From: an uncultured Gemmatimonadales bacterium
Lineage (GTDB): Bacteria > Gemmatimonadota > Gemmatimonadetes > Gemmatimonadales > GWC2-71-9
Assembly: GCA_963828735.1 (NCBI GenBank)
Contig: CAWHFW010000005.1
Span: forward strand, 1,216,001-1,280,000
Reading direction: 5' to 3'
DNA length: 64,000 bases
Shown here in pieces: positions 17,798 to 27,497 of the stretch. How positions within the stretch are numbered: position 1 is the stretch's first letter; every line of letters starts with the position of its first letter. The position numbers were made by a program, and so were the translations under genes. The notes under the pieces are model-generated. The model saw only the letters and a list, made by a program, of their open reading frames with translations, had not been told where the DNA came from and made no database searches.

Positions 17798-19776
17798 GCC
17801 GAGATCCGAACGGCCTCGGGCTGCAACCGGTCGAGCGAGGCGCGCGCCGTGGCGGCGACGACCGGTTCCACGTCGCGCGCCAGTGCCAGGAGCACGTTCC
17901 GGGTCGCGGGCTTGGCCAGGCGGCCCAGGCCCCGGGCTACCTCGTTGCGGATGCCCCAATCGGCGTCGTCCGCGAGGGGAAGCAGCACGGCGAGCTCGCG
18001 CTCGTCGGCCACGTCAGCGAGCCCCTGCACGGCCATGCGTCGCATCTCCACCTCGGCGTCGCCCAGGCGCTCGCGGAGGAACTCGCCGATCCACGACGGA
18101 GCGATCCGGACGAGCGCCGCGACGATCTGGAGCTGCTCGTACGGGCCGCACTCCGGCAGGATGGAACGCAGCTTGGGCGCCGCGGCGGACGCGCGACAGT
18201 GTCCCAGCGCGCGAATGATGTGGAACCGGAGCGAGTCCGCCGTGCCGAGCATGGCGGCCAGCACCGCCACCGCCTGATCGCCGCCGCGCGCGACGAGCAG
18301 GTCGAGCGCTTCGACCTGGGTGGCCTGGTGGCGATCGGCCAGGGCACGGAGCAGCAGCACGTCGGTCCGCGAACCGGGCAGTCTGGCCGCGGCACGTAGG
18401 CCGGCTCGCCGAACGGCGGGACGGCGATCTTCGGCGAGGCGGAGGACGGCAGGCTCGAAGGCGGCGACCGGTCGGTTGGCCAGCACCTGAAGGGCGAGGG
18501 CCACCACCGCCTCGTCGGCCTCGGGCCGGAGGCAGCTCTCGAGCTCGCCCAGGGCGGCCCCCGAGAGGCGTCCGAGCGCCTGGGCGGCGGCCGCCTGTTC
18601 CACGGGCTCCCCACGGCGCAGCCGCTCGGCGAGGAACGGCGCGGTCGCGTCGAGCTCGAGGCAGCCCATGGCATAACAGGCCGCCGCTCGGACGTGCGGG
18701 TTGGGGTCCTCGAGGTGCTCGAACAGCGCCGACAGCTCCTCCTCCTCGAACCGGGCTGCGCGCAAGGCGCCGCTTCGCACGTCGGGGTTCGGATCGGCGA
18801 CGAGCCGCATCCGACGCGCGGCCAGGCCGGCGGGGAATCGGCGCAGGAGCCCCTCGAGCCACGAGGCCTCGGGATCGGTCGCCAGGCGCGCCAGGAGCAC
18901 CGGCTCGAGCGCTTCGAGCCCGGCCGCCGCGATGAGGGTGGCCGCCGCGCGCCGGAGACTCTCGCCCTCCTCGCCCTCGTCGTCCCCCGGGAGCGCGCCC
19001 AACACCTGGACGAGATAGGCGACGAGCGTCTCGGAGGCCGCCAGCTCGGGCCCGGCGCGCTCGAGCAGTGGCGCCGGATCGGGATGGAGATCGATCACCA
19101 CGCCCGCGGCCAGGAGCAGCGGATCCCGCAAGGCGCGCTCCTGGACGACCGGAAGCAGGCTGAGGAGCGGCTCCAGCGACTCGGGCGCCGCGATGCTCCG
19201 GAGCGCCTGGACGGCCGGCTCCGCCAGGACCGAATCGGGCACCAACGCCATCAGCGGCCGCACCGCCTCCGGAGCACCGATCGCGCCGAGGGCGTTGATG
19301 GCCGCGAGCTGCAGCCAGAGCCCGCCGTCCACCAGCTTGATGAGCGCGGGCACGGCCTCGCGCGTCCGCAGGTGCCCCACCGCCTCGATCGCGGCCTGGG
19401 CCACGTTCGGATCGTTGTGCTGCAGCAGCGGCAGGATCGAGCGACCGGCCGGCGGGTAGCCGACGCGCGCCAGGCTCTGGAGCGCGAACATGATCAGCTC
19501 GGGATCGGGGTCGCCGAGCATGACGGTGAGGTGAGGCACGGCGTAGGGGCCCTGGCGCTCGAGCGCGCTCAGCCCCGCGTTCCGGCGGACGGCGTTCTCG
19601 CCGTCGGCCACCATGGCGCCGAGTACTGCAGGCTCGACGTAGCGCGCCGCCAGGCGGATCGCGCGCTCCCGCACCGGCAGCTCGTCGTCCTCCAGGGCGA
19701 GCAGGATGGTGCGCTCGCGATCGGGCCCGCGCACCGCCTCGTCGAGCGCGGCAAGCCGTTCAGCCGGTGTCGTCAT
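17794..19776 (-). CDS. HEAT-repeat (PBS lyase-like) protein
   Basis: Repeated L-x-D-x-D-x-x-VR-x-x-A-x-x-ALG units over 660 aa. Confidence 0.88.
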   Translation of the reverse strand: MTTPAERLAALDEAVRGPDRERTILLALEDDELPVRERAIRLAARYVEPAVLGAMVADGENAVRRNAGLSALERQGPYAVPHLTVMLGDPDPELIMFALQSLARVGYPPAGRSILPLLQHNDPNVAQAAIEAVGHLRTREAVPALIKLVDGGLWLQLAAINALGAIGAPEAVRPLMALVPDSVLAEPAVQALRSIAAPESLEPLLSLLPVVQERALRDPLLLAAGVVIDLHPDPAPLLERAGPELAASETLVAYLVQVLGALPGDDEGEEGESLRRAAATLIAAAGLEALEPVLLARLATDPEASWLEGLLRRFPAGLAARRMRLVADPNPDVRSGALRAARFEEEELSALFEHLEDPNPHVRAAACYAMGCLELDATAPFLAERLRRGEPVEQAAAAQALGRLSGAALGELESCLRPEADEAVVALALQVLANRPVAAFEPAVLRLAEDRRPAVRRAGLRAAARLPGSRTDVLLLRALADRHQATQVEALDLLVARGGDQAVAVLAAMLGTADSLRFHIIRALGHCRASAAAPKLRSILPECGPYEQLQIVAALVRIAPSWIGEFLRERLGDAEVEMRRMAVQGLADVADERELAVLLPLADDADWGIRNEVARGLGRLAKPATRNVLLALARDVEPVVAATARASLDRLQPEAVRISA

Positions 19777-19784
19777 CGAGGCCT

Positions 19785-21272
19785 TCAGACCTGGAACACG
19801 GCCACGCGCTGCCGCAGCGCGTCGGATTCGCCGGCGAGGCTCTTGGCCGCGCCAGTCATCTGCTCGACCGCCACCAGGTTCTGCCGCGAGACCACGGCGA
19901 TCGCCTCGACGGCTTTCACCACCATCTCGCCGCCCCTGCGCTGCTCGGCCACCGCCTCCGACATCTGGTGGGTGAGCTGGTTCATCTTCTGGGCGGCCGC
20001 GTTGATCTCCTGCGCGCCGGCAGCGTTCTCGGTGATGGAGCCCGAGATATGGCGCGCCAGCGTGGCCATCTCGGTCACGGTGCTGAGCACGGTCCGCGCA
20101 TCCGCGGCCTGCGCATCTGCGGCGCGCGCGGCATCGGCCACCAGCGCCGAGGTCTTGCCGATGGAGTCCACGATGCCGGTCAGCACCTGCCCCATCAGGG
20201 CCACGGCGTGGTGGGTGTCCTTCTGCACCGTCTCGATGACGGACCCGATCTCCTGGGTAGCCTGCACCGAGCGCTCGGCCAGGCGGCGCACCTCGTCAGC
20301 CACGACCGCGAAGCCCTTGCCCGCTTCGCCAGCGCGCGCCGCCTCGATGGCGGCGTTCAGCGCGAGGAGGTTGGTCTGGTCGGCGATACCCTCGATCACC
20401 TTCACGATCTTCCCGATCTCGTCGGAGCGCTCGCCGATCGAGCCGATGGCCTCCTGGAGCCGCTCCCCGTTCCGCCGCGAATCCTCGACCGACTGCTGGC
20501 TCACCTGATCTACCTGGTGGACCCGAGCCGCGATCGCGCCGACGTTCTCGATCATCGTGGTCAGCGTGCCCGTGGCGCGCTCCACGGCCCCGAGGAGGAC
20601 CTCGCCGTTCTGCGCGGTCTGCGCCAGTGTCGCGCTCATCTGCTGGATGGAGGCCGACGTCTGATCCACATTGGCCGCGAGGGCCTCGGCGCTCCGGGCG
20701 AGATGCTGCATCTGGGAGGCGATCTCGACCATGGTGGACGAAGTCTCCTCGGTCGAGCTGCTCTGCATCTCCGCGCCCTTCGCCATCTGGGTCGAGTTGG
20801 CGGAGATTTCCTCGGCCGACGTCGCCACGGTGCGCGAGGAGGCGGCGATTTGGATCGCGATGTCTCGGAGATTCTTCACCATCTGTCGCATCGAGTGCTC
20901 GACCCAGCCGATTTCATCCCGCGAGCGGCTGCGAATGTCGGCCGTCAGGTCGCCCTTGGACACCTGCTCGGCCAGGATACCGAGACTGGTGAGCGGATCG
21001 GCGATGAGCCGGGAGAGCAACAGAGCGAGCGCGAGCCCCAGGCCGATCGTGATCACCAGCAGCATGAGGATGGCGGTCTGGGAGTCGTTCACGATGCGTT
21101 CCGCGCCGGCGAAATCGCCGGCCGCGAGCCGGGTCATCTGGCTCAGACCGTGGAGGGCGCGCCAGCCGAGCAGTGCCGTGAGCGCCAGCACCACGCCGAA
21201 GCCGGTGAGGATCTTCCGTCGGATCGTCCAATCCTTGATGACCTGCGCAAAGCTCTGCATCGGAGCACCCAT
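19785..21272 (-). CDS. Methyl-accepting chemotaxis protein (2 TM, HAMP, very short extracytoplasmic loop)
   Basis: [40 protein letters not shown] hairpin and HAMP (SRDEIG). Start is 21272 or 21260. Confidence 0.92.
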   Translation of the reverse strand: MGAPMQSFAQVIKDWTIRRKILTGFGVVLALTALLGWRALHGLSQMTRLAAGDFAGAERIVNDSQTAILMLLVITIGLGLALALLLSRLIADPLTSLGILAEQVSKGDLTADIRSRSRDEIGWVEHSMRQMVKNLRDIAIQIAASSRTVATSAEEISANSTQMAKGAEMQSSSTEETSSTMVEIASQMQHLARSAEALAANVDQTSASIQQMSATLAQTAQNGEVLLGAVERATGTLTTMIENVGAIAARVHQVDQVSQQSVEDSRRNGERLQEAIGSIGERSDEIGKIVKVIEGIADQTNLLALNAAIEAARAGEAGKGFAVVADEVRRLAERSVQATQEIGSVIETVQKDTHHAVALMGQVLTGIVDSIGKTSALVADAARAADAQAADARTVLSTVTEMATLARHISGSITENAAGAQEINAAAQKMNQLTHQMSEAVAEQRRGGEMVVKAVEAIAVVSRQNLVAVEQMTGAAKSLAGESDALRQRVAVFQV

Positions 21273-21280
21273 GGTGAGAG

Positions 21281-21802
21281 CTACTCGGTCGGCGCGAGCG
21301 CCTTCTCGAGATCGAGGAGAATGATCAGTCGGGACTGCCATCGGGCAACGCCGGTGACGTAGTCTCCCTCGCCGGAAAGGACTTCATCCGGCGCGGGCGC
21401 CACGCTCGCCTGCGGCACCTTGGTCACCTGCGACACCGCATCGACGAGGAGGCCCAGCACCCGGCCGCGGACTTCGACCACTACCACGCGCGCGCGTGGG
21501 GTGAGCTCGGCCGGTGCGAGCCCCAGACGCGAACGCAGCTCGACGACGGCGAGAATCCGCCCCCGCAGGTTGGCGACGCCCCGGACGTGGGCGGGCGCCT
21601 GGGGCACGCGGGTGATCTCCGACACACGGATCACCTCGCGGACCTGCGTGACCGGGATCCCGAACTCCTCGCGATCGAGCGCGAATGTGAGCAGGTGGAG
21701 CTCGGGTCCGGGCGCGGGCATCGCGTCCGCGGCGGCGCGCGCTTCCATGGTGTCGGCGAAGCCGAGCAGCCCGTCGGGCGCGCGCACGTTGTCAACCGGC
21801 AC
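21281..21802 (-). CDS. cheW: Chemotaxis coupling protein CheW
   Basis: [44 protein letters not shown] before the GTG. Confidence 0.9.
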   Translation of the reverse strand: MPVDNVRAPDGLLGFADTMEARAAADAMPAPGPELHLLTFALDREEFGIPVTQVREVIRVSEITRVPQAPAHVRGVANLRGRILAVVELRSRLGLAPAELTPRARVVVVEVRGRVLGLLVDAVSQVTKVPQASVAPAPDEVLSGEGDYVTGVARWQSRLIILLDLEKALAPTE

Positions 21803-23453
21803 GTCGGCCTCCTTCGAGTATGCGGACCGTGTCGAGGATGCAGGCGACCCGTCCATCACCGAGAATCGTCGTGCCCGATACGACGTCCGGGCGACCGAGC
21901 TCGGGATCCAGGCCCTTGACCACCACGTCCTGGTGGCCGACGAGGCGGTCCACCATCAGGCCCCGTCGCTTGCCGCCCGCCGCCATGACGACGTAGAACC
22001 GGCGAGGCGCGAGGCGCCCGCCACCCGTGCCGAGCACCGTGCCGCCATCGGCCACGTGGATCAGGTCGCCGCGCCACTGGGCCACGCCGCGCTGGTTGAT
22101 CTGGCGGATCGCCTCGGGCTCGGCGCGGACCGTCTCCGCCACGTGCGCGAGCGGCAGCGCGTAGCGCTCCTGGTCGATCTCGACGATGAGCGAGCGGACG
22201 ATCGCGAGCGTCACCGGCAGGCTCAGCGTGAACGCCGTCCCTTGCCCGACGGCGGTCTCGACATCGATCGTGCCGCCCAGCGCGTGGATCGCGCCGGCTA
22301 CGACGTCGAGACCGACGCCGCGGCCCGCAAGCGTCGAGACGCGTTCGGCCGTCGAGAGCCCCGGCAGGAAGATCAGGTTGCGGAGCGGGATGCTCTCGTC
22401 GTTGCGCGCGTCCTGACCCAGTGCCTCCGCCTTCTTCCGGATCGCCTTCTCGTCGAGGCCGCGGCCGTCGTCGGAGACGCGGATGACCACCCGGCCCGCC
22501 TGAGGCGCGGCCTCCAGCCGTACGGTGCCCTCCTCGGGCTTCCCGGTCCGGCGGCGGACGTCCGCCGACTCGAAGCCGTGGACGATCGCGTTGGTGACGA
22601 GATGCACGAGCGGCTCGCTGAGCCGGTCGAGCACCGCCTTGTCGAGTGGTGTCTCGCCTCCCGCCTGCACCAACCGCACGCGCTTGCCCTCGGCCTCCGC
22701 CGTGTCGCGGACCATCCTCGGGAAGCGGCCGAACACGGTCGAGATCGGCAGGAGCCGGGTTTCCATGAGCGTCGACTCGAGGCGCTTGAGCGTCTTCTGC
22801 AGCGCGACCACGGCCTGGTCCAGCCGGTCCAGCTCGACGCTCGCGGCGCTGCGCCGCGCGATCTCGCGGTACGCCTCGGCCAGGGCGGCGTGCTGAATGA
22901 GTCCTTCACCCAAGACCTCGAGCATCGCGTCGAGACGGCGGAAATCCACCCGCACCACGCTGGCGGCCTTGCCCGGCTCCGCCCCGCCCTCCGCCCCGCG
23001 CCGCTCCGACCGTCGGCGCTCCGGCTGCGTGTCCGAAGCCGGAGCCACGCTCGAGCCCAGCCATTGGCGCACACGCTCGACGTACCGGTCGGCGGGGGCG
23101 GGATCGAGCGTGGGCGACGCCTGGCGAACCAGATCCGCGAGGAGTCCGGCCCCGGCGATGAGCAGCGCCGCCGCGGCGTCGTTGCGCCGCTCCGGCTGCT
23201 GCCGGAGCAGCCCGCAGGCGTCCTCGAGCGCGTGGGCGACGTCGCGCATCGGCGCCAGGCCCATCATCGCGGAGTTGCCCTTCACCGTGTGCAGGCGTCC
23301 GGGTAACGAAGCGAGCACCTCGTCCGCCGCGTCGTTCGCACGCCAGCGCCGCTCGAGCTCGACGAACGCGTCCGCCACCTGCTCGGCCAGCGGCAGACAC
23401 TCGAGGACGTAGTCCTGAAGCAGCTCCCCGAAGGGATTCTCGTCCCCGCTCAC
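21792..23453 (-). CDS. cheA: Chemotaxis histidine kinase CheA (Hpt-P3-P4-P5, no evident P2)
   Basis: LHTVKGNS (Hpt), VRVD..RLD, HLVTNAIVHG, DDGRG, GRGVGLDVV, C-terminal CheW-like domain. Confidence 0.93.
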   Translation of the reverse strand: MSGDENPFGELLQDYVLECLPLAEQVADAFVELERRWRANDAADEVLASLPGRLHTVKGNSAMMGLAPMRDVAHALEDACGLLRQQPERRNDAAAALLIAGAGLLADLVRQASPTLDPAPADRYVERVRQWLGSSVAPASDTQPERRRSERRGAEGGAEPGKAASVVRVDFRRLDAMLEVLGEGLIQHAALAEAYREIARRSAASVELDRLDQAVVALQKTLKRLESTLMETRLLPISTVFGRFPRMVRDTAEAEGKRVRLVQAGGETPLDKAVLDRLSEPLVHLVTNAIVHGFESADVRRRTGKPEEGTVRLEAAPQAGRVVIRVSDDGRGLDEKAIRKKAEALGQDARNDESIPLRNLIFLPGLSTAERVSTLAGRGVGLDVVAGAIHALGGTIDVETAVGQGTAFTLSLPVTLAIVRSLIVEIDQERYALPLAHVAETVRAEPEAIRQINQRGVAQWRGDLIHVADGGTVLGTGGGRLAPRRFYVVMAAGGKRRGLMVDRLVGHQDVVVKGLDPELGRPDVVSGTTILGDGRVACILDTVRILEGGRRAG

Positions 23454-23454
23454 G

Positions 23455-23850
23455 TCAGGAGCTCGTCGCCGCCTCGGCGACTGCGCGGCTCACCAATCGC
23501 TCCACATCGGCCGGCTGAAATGGCTTTCGGAGGTATTCCCACGCACCGGCGTTTCTGCCGCGCGCCTCGTCTTCCGCCGTCCCTTCCGTGGTCACCAGGA
23601 CGATCGGGATGTGAGGATGGAGTCCTTCCGCCCGCCGACGTTCGAGCACTTCCAGTCCGTTCATCTCCGGCATGTTCAGGTCGAGCAGCACCAGGGTCAG
23701 CTCGGGGTGCGCCGCGAGGAGACCGTAGCCTTCGCGGCCGTTGGTCGCGAAGTACACCGTGCTTCCCACGAGCGAGCCGCGCGAGAAGATGAGGCGGTAC
23801 ATCTGATGATGCAGTTTCGAGTCGTCGATCACGAGAAAGGTGTGTCGCAT
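23455..23850 (-). CDS. Single-domain response regulator (CheY-like)
   Basis: IDDS, LLDLNMPEMNG, VTT, KPF. Confidence 0.9.
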   Translation of the reverse strand: MRHTFLVIDDSKLHHQMYRLIFSRGSLVGSTVYFATNGREGYGLLAAHPELTLVLLDLNMPEMNGLEVLERRRAEGLHPHIPIVLVTTEGTAEDEARGRNAGAWEYLRKPFQPADVERLVSRAVAEAATSS

Positions 23851-23853
23851 GGG

Positions 23854-24234
23854 TCACCCGGTCGGAGGGTCCACGATCTGCTCGACGACGAGCCGCAGCT
23901 TCTGCGGCGTCCACGGCTTCTTCACCACGGCAGCCACGCCCAGCTCGGTGGCCTCCCGCATCAGAAGGGAATCATCCGCCTCGGCCGTCGTGAGCACGAC
24001 CGGCGTGCGTCGGTGCACCGGTAGCTGCCGGAGGGCCCGGATGAACTCGGCCCCATTCATGTCCGGCATCCGCAGGTCGAGCAGCACCGCATCGAATGGG
24101 GCGCGGGCGCTCGCGAGCACTTGGATCGCCTCGCGGCCGTTTTCCGCCTGCCCCAGTTCGTGGAACTGCTGGGGGAAGGCGAGGCCGAACATCTTCCGGA
24201 GTAGGGAAGAGTCCTCCACGACGAGAAGTCTCAT
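23854..24234 (-). CDS. Single-domain response regulator (CheY-like)
   Basis: VEDS, LLDLRMPDMNG, LTT, KPW. Confidence 0.9.
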   Translation of the reverse strand: MRLLVVEDSSLLRKMFGLAFPQQFHELGQAENGREAIQVLASARAPFDAVLLDLRMPDMNGAEFIRALRQLPVHRRTPVVLTTAEADDSLLMREATELGVAAVVKKPWTPQKLRLVVEQIVDPPTG

Positions 24235-24459
24235 CAGCCTCTATCCGAGTGGGCGCAGCGATGTCCGGGGGTGCAACGGCGAGTGCAAGAGACAGACCTG
24301 CTTTGGTGCAGGCCCGTAAGTCACGTTGGGACAAGGAGATGAAGAAACGGATGGCGCCTGGAAGAGAACAGCTGGGTCCGCCTTGTTCCATCTTCGCGGC
24401 CAACTGCAACGACTGGCGCACGATGGTCCGGACCGGATTGGCCACGACGCCAACGGCGC

Positions 24460-24486
24460 GCTCCGGTGGGACGGCTCCGGTGGGAC
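24460..24486. repeat. Tandem 13-bp direct repeat GCTCCGGTGGGAC x2
   Basis: Exact copies at 24460-24472 and 24474-24486, intergenic, upstream of the che operon. Confidence 0.7.
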
Positions 24487-24495
24487 TGAAGGATT

Positions 24496-24723
24496 CTACC
24501 GGCTCGAAAGACGGGCGAGCACCGCAGGCCGCAGCCCCGCGGGGACAGGGCAAGGGTGGTTGAGGCTACGGACGACCAGCATGAGGAAGGCGCGGTCGCA
24601 ACGGCAGCGTGGGAGGCAGTGGGGACAGCCTGCCAGATGATGATCGATGGCCGCGACCTCTTTCGCCGCAAGCTCGCCGTCCAGATATTCCCAGAGTCGT
24701 TCGATGACCTCGGGACACTCCAT
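24496..24723 (-). CDS. Small zf-HC2 (zinc anti-sigma-like) protein
   Basis: MECPEVIERLWEYLDGEL...HLAGCPHC (HxxxCxxC). GGAGG RBS. Confidence 0.8.
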   Translation of the reverse strand: MECPEVIERLWEYLDGELAAKEVAAIDHHLAGCPHCLPRCRCDRAFLMLVVRSLNHPCPVPAGLRPAVLARLSSR

Positions 24724-24805
24724 TCGCAATCCTCCATCAAGGTGCCGGCCGACTCCCGTGGCCACGCCCTCGTGAACAGCGCATCACCGCCGGAGGTTCC
24801 TCCGC

Positions 24806-25075
24806 ATGACTGCCCGCGCCACCATCGCCCTGCTTGTCGTGGTAGGGTTCGTCGCCTTCCTGCTCTGGTCCACCCTCGCGAGCCAGCGCGCGGAGTGCAT
24901 GATTTCCGTCCGCTACCAGGGTCACGAAGGATCGGCCACCGCCTCCGGCGCCTCCGAAGCGGATGCGGCGCGCGAAGCCCAGACCGCCGCCTGCGGCCCC
25001 CTCACGGCCTCGATGAACGACCGGGTGGCCTGTGCCAGGCTGCAACCGGTCACCCAGCGTTGCCGGCCGCTGTGA
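24806..25075 (+). CDS. Small membrane-anchored Cys-containing hypothetical protein
   Basis: GGAGG RBS, N-terminal TM, 4 Cys. Confidence 0.65.
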   Translation: MTARATIALLVVVGFVAFLLWSTLASQRAECMISVRYQGHEGSATASGASEADAAREAQTAACGPLTASMNDRVACARLQPVTQRCRPL

Positions 25076-25091
25076 GCCCGGCCGCGCCCGC

Positions 25092-26459
25092 ATGAGCGCT
25101 CCCCGGCTCAAACTTCCCCACCCCCTGATTCTCCTCGTCTTCTGTATCATCGCCGCCGCGGCGCTCACCTGGGTGCTGCCGGCCGGCGAGTACAGCCGGC
25201 GGCAGGACGAGAACGCGGGCCGCGAGGTCGTCGTCCCCGGCACCTATCACGCCGTCGCCGCGAGCCCCGTGGGTCCGTTCCAGACGCTGGTCGCCATCCC
25301 GAAAGGGATGGCCGACGCGGGCTCCATCATCTTCTACGTCTTCCTGGTCGGCGGCGCATTCGCCGTTGTTGAGCGGACGGGCGCGCTGGCGCGGCTGGTC
25401 GAGTGGCTGGCCCGGCGGCTCGCCGACCGGGGTCTCTGGGCCATTCCCATCGTGGGATTCGCGTTCGCCTGGGGCGGCATCCTCATCCAGATGCAGGAGG
25501 AGCTGATCGCGTTCGTTCCCGTGCTCCTGCTCCTCGTTCGACGGCTCGGCTTCAACGCGCTCACGGCGGTCGCGATGAGCCTGGGCGCGGCCGCAGTGGG
25601 CGCATCGTTCAGCTTCATCAACCCGTTCCAGGTCGGCATCGCGCAGAAGGTGGCCGAGCTCCCCTCGCTCAGCGGCTGGGGCTTCCGATCGGTGGCGTTG
25701 ACCCTGGCGTGGCTCGTCTGGATCGGCGGGACGATGCGTTTCGCGCGGCGGACGCGCAACGCGCCCGAGTCCGTGGCATCCGAGAAGGTGCCGCGGGAGG
25801 CGCTGGCCGGAACCGCCGGCTGGCGCCAGACCGTGGTGCTGGGGCTCGTGCTGGTCACGTTCGTCGTGTTCGTGATCGGGGTGAAGCAATACAGCTGGGA
25901 CTTCGACCAGCTGTCGGCGCTGTTCTTTCTCATGGGGGTCGCGGCCGGATTGGTTGGCGGGCTCGGTCTCGGCGGGACGGCCGACGGGTACGTGGAAGGA
26001 TTCCGCTCGATGGCGTTCGCCGGCCTGCTCATCGGGTTCGCGCGCGGGATCTTCATCGTCCTCGACCAGGGGCACGTCGTGGACACGATCGTCCATGGGC
26101 TGCTCGGCCCCATCGCCACCCTGCCGACCACCCTGTCGGCCCTCGGCATGATGACGTTCCACGCGCTGGTGCACCTCCCCGTACCGAGCACGAGCGGCCA
26201 GGCCGTGCTGACGCTGCCCCTGCTCGTGCCGCTGTCCGACCTGATCGGCCTCTCGCGGCAGGTGACGGTACTGGCCTACCAGTATGGGGCGGGACTGTGC
26301 GAGCTGGTGACGCCAACCAACGGCGCGCTCATGGCGATGCTCGCCGCAAGCGGAGTGCGCTACGAGGAGTGGCTTCGGTTCGTCGTCCCGGTTGTGGGGG
26401 CCTTGGTGGCCCTCGCGGCCGTGGCCATCGGGCTCGCAGTGGCGACCGGCCTCAGGTGA
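25092..26459 (+). CDS. YfcC/DcuC-like (ion transporter superfamily) permease
   Basis: LPHP, LTWVLPAGEY.R, NPFQVGIAQ, VPSTSGQA, PTNG. Confidence 0.85.
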   Translation: MSAPRLKLPHPLILLVFCIIAAAALTWVLPAGEYSRRQDENAGREVVVPGTYHAVAASPVGPFQTLVAIPKGMADAGSIIFYVFLVGGAFAVVERTGALARLVEWLARRLADRGLWAIPIVGFAFAWGGILIQMQEELIAFVPVLLLLVRRLGFNALTAVAMSLGAAAVGASFSFINPFQVGIAQKVAELPSLSGWGFRSVALTLAWLVWIGGTMRFARRTRNAPESVASEKVPREALAGTAGWRQTVVLGLVLVTFVVFVIGVKQYSWDFDQLSALFFLMGVAAGLVGGLGLGGTADGYVEGFRSMAFAGLLIGFARGIFIVLDQGHVVDTIVHGLLGPIATLPTTLSALGMMTFHALVHLPVPSTSGQAVLTLPLLVPLSDLIGLSRQVTVLAYQYGAGLCELVTPTNGALMAMLAASGVRYEEWLRFVVPVVGALVALAAVAIGLAVATGLR

Positions 26460-26895
26460 GGCCCGCGAGGGTTTCGAGCGTCTTGAGGTCCGCGACGCCG
26501 ACGTGACGTCCACGCTCCTTGCCGCGCTCGAAGACGATCACCGTCGGTATTCCCCGGATGCCGAACCGTCCGGAGATCGCGGGATCGGCATCGGTGTCCA
26601 GTTTGAGCACGACCGCTTCCCCCGCATGCCGCCTGGCGAAATCGTCGAGGGTCGGCGCCATCATGTGGCATGGGCCGCACCAGTCCGCGAAGAAGTCCAC
26701 CGCCACCGGCACGGTCGTACCCTCGAGCGTCTGTTCAAAAGCCGATCCGGTCACCTTGAGCGGACGATCGAGCAGGATCGGTCGATGGCAACTGGCGCAC
26801 TTCGGCCCCAGCGACAGCTTGGTCAGGTCGACGCGATTGGGCGTCTCACAGAAGACACACCGGACGACGGCGCGACGGTCAGCATTCTGGTCCAT
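26452..26895 (-). CDS. trxC: Thioredoxin 2 (Zn-finger thioredoxin)
   Basis: Two N-terminal CxxC pairs (CVFC, CASC) plus the WCGPC active site. Confidence 0.9.
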   Translation of the reverse strand: MDQNADRRAVVRCVFCETPNRVDLTKLSLGPKCASCHRPILLDRPLKVTGSAFEQTLEGTTVPVAVDFFADWCGPCHMMAPTLDDFARRHAGEAVVLKLDTDADPAISGRFGIRGIPTVIVFERGKERGRHVGVADLKTLETLAGLT

Positions 26896-26992
26896 GCCCC
26901 CTCCTTACTCGAAGAAGCTAGATCGTCCGCAGGACAGGGCAAGCGCGCTCGCGCCCCGGGGTGACAGTCTTCACAGACAGGAACACCTCGGC

Positions 26993-27008
26993 TGGCATTA
27001 CTGTTGCA
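26993..27008 (+). promoter_or_regulatory. Sigma-54 (-24/-12) promoter upstream of the GNAT gene
   Basis: TGGCATTACTGTTGCA matches TGGCAY-N5-TTGCA, 35 bp upstream of the ATG at 27044. Confidence 0.75.
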
Positions 27009-27043
27009 CAGGGAAGTCGGCTATCACCCCAGAAGGCGGTCAC

Positions 27044-27475
27044 ATGAGCGAGCTCACCATTCGGGAAATGGGACAGGACGAGGACTTCTCGGCCTGGTTC
27101 TCCGAGCTCCTCGAGCAGGAGGAGGGGCTGGCCGGCTCCGGCAGCCTCGACGAGCGTTACCTCATCCTGAGCAATGAGATCGGCGACTGGGTCGGCGGTC
27201 TGCGGTATTGGCTCCGCGGCGGGGTGGCCCATCTGGTCGACGTGGTGGTCCTGCCTCAGGAGCGGCACAAGGGCCACGCCCACCGCCTGCTCGCGGCCTT
27301 CGAAGAGCGAGCGGCCGAGGCGGGCGGACACCTGGCCGAATTCTGGACGGACGACGAGCGATCCGAGGGACTGCTGGGCGCCCTGGGCTGGCAGCGTATC
27401 TTCCGCCGGGAGGATTACATAGGCCGTAAGCGCTGGGCTCTCATGGAGAAGCGGCTCGGCTCGGAGCCCCGATAG
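27044..27475 (+). CDS. GNAT-family N-acetyltransferase
   Basis: Motif A-like VVLPQERHKGHAHRLL in a 143-aa protein. Confidence 0.75.
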   Translation: MSELTIREMGQDEDFSAWFSELLEQEEGLAGSGSLDERYLILSNEIGDWVGGLRYWLRGGVAHLVDVVVLPQERHKGHAHRLLAAFEERAAEAGGHLAEFWTDDERSEGLLGALGWQRIFRREDYIGRKRWALMEKRLGSEPR

Positions 27476-27497
27476 ACGACGGCTCGTTGGCGCAGGC

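Noticed and set aside
24339..24563. Small plus-strand ORF MKKRMAPG... after AGGAG
   Set aside because: RBS spacing is wrong, the composition is not protein-like, and it overlaps the zf-HC2 gene on the opposite strand.
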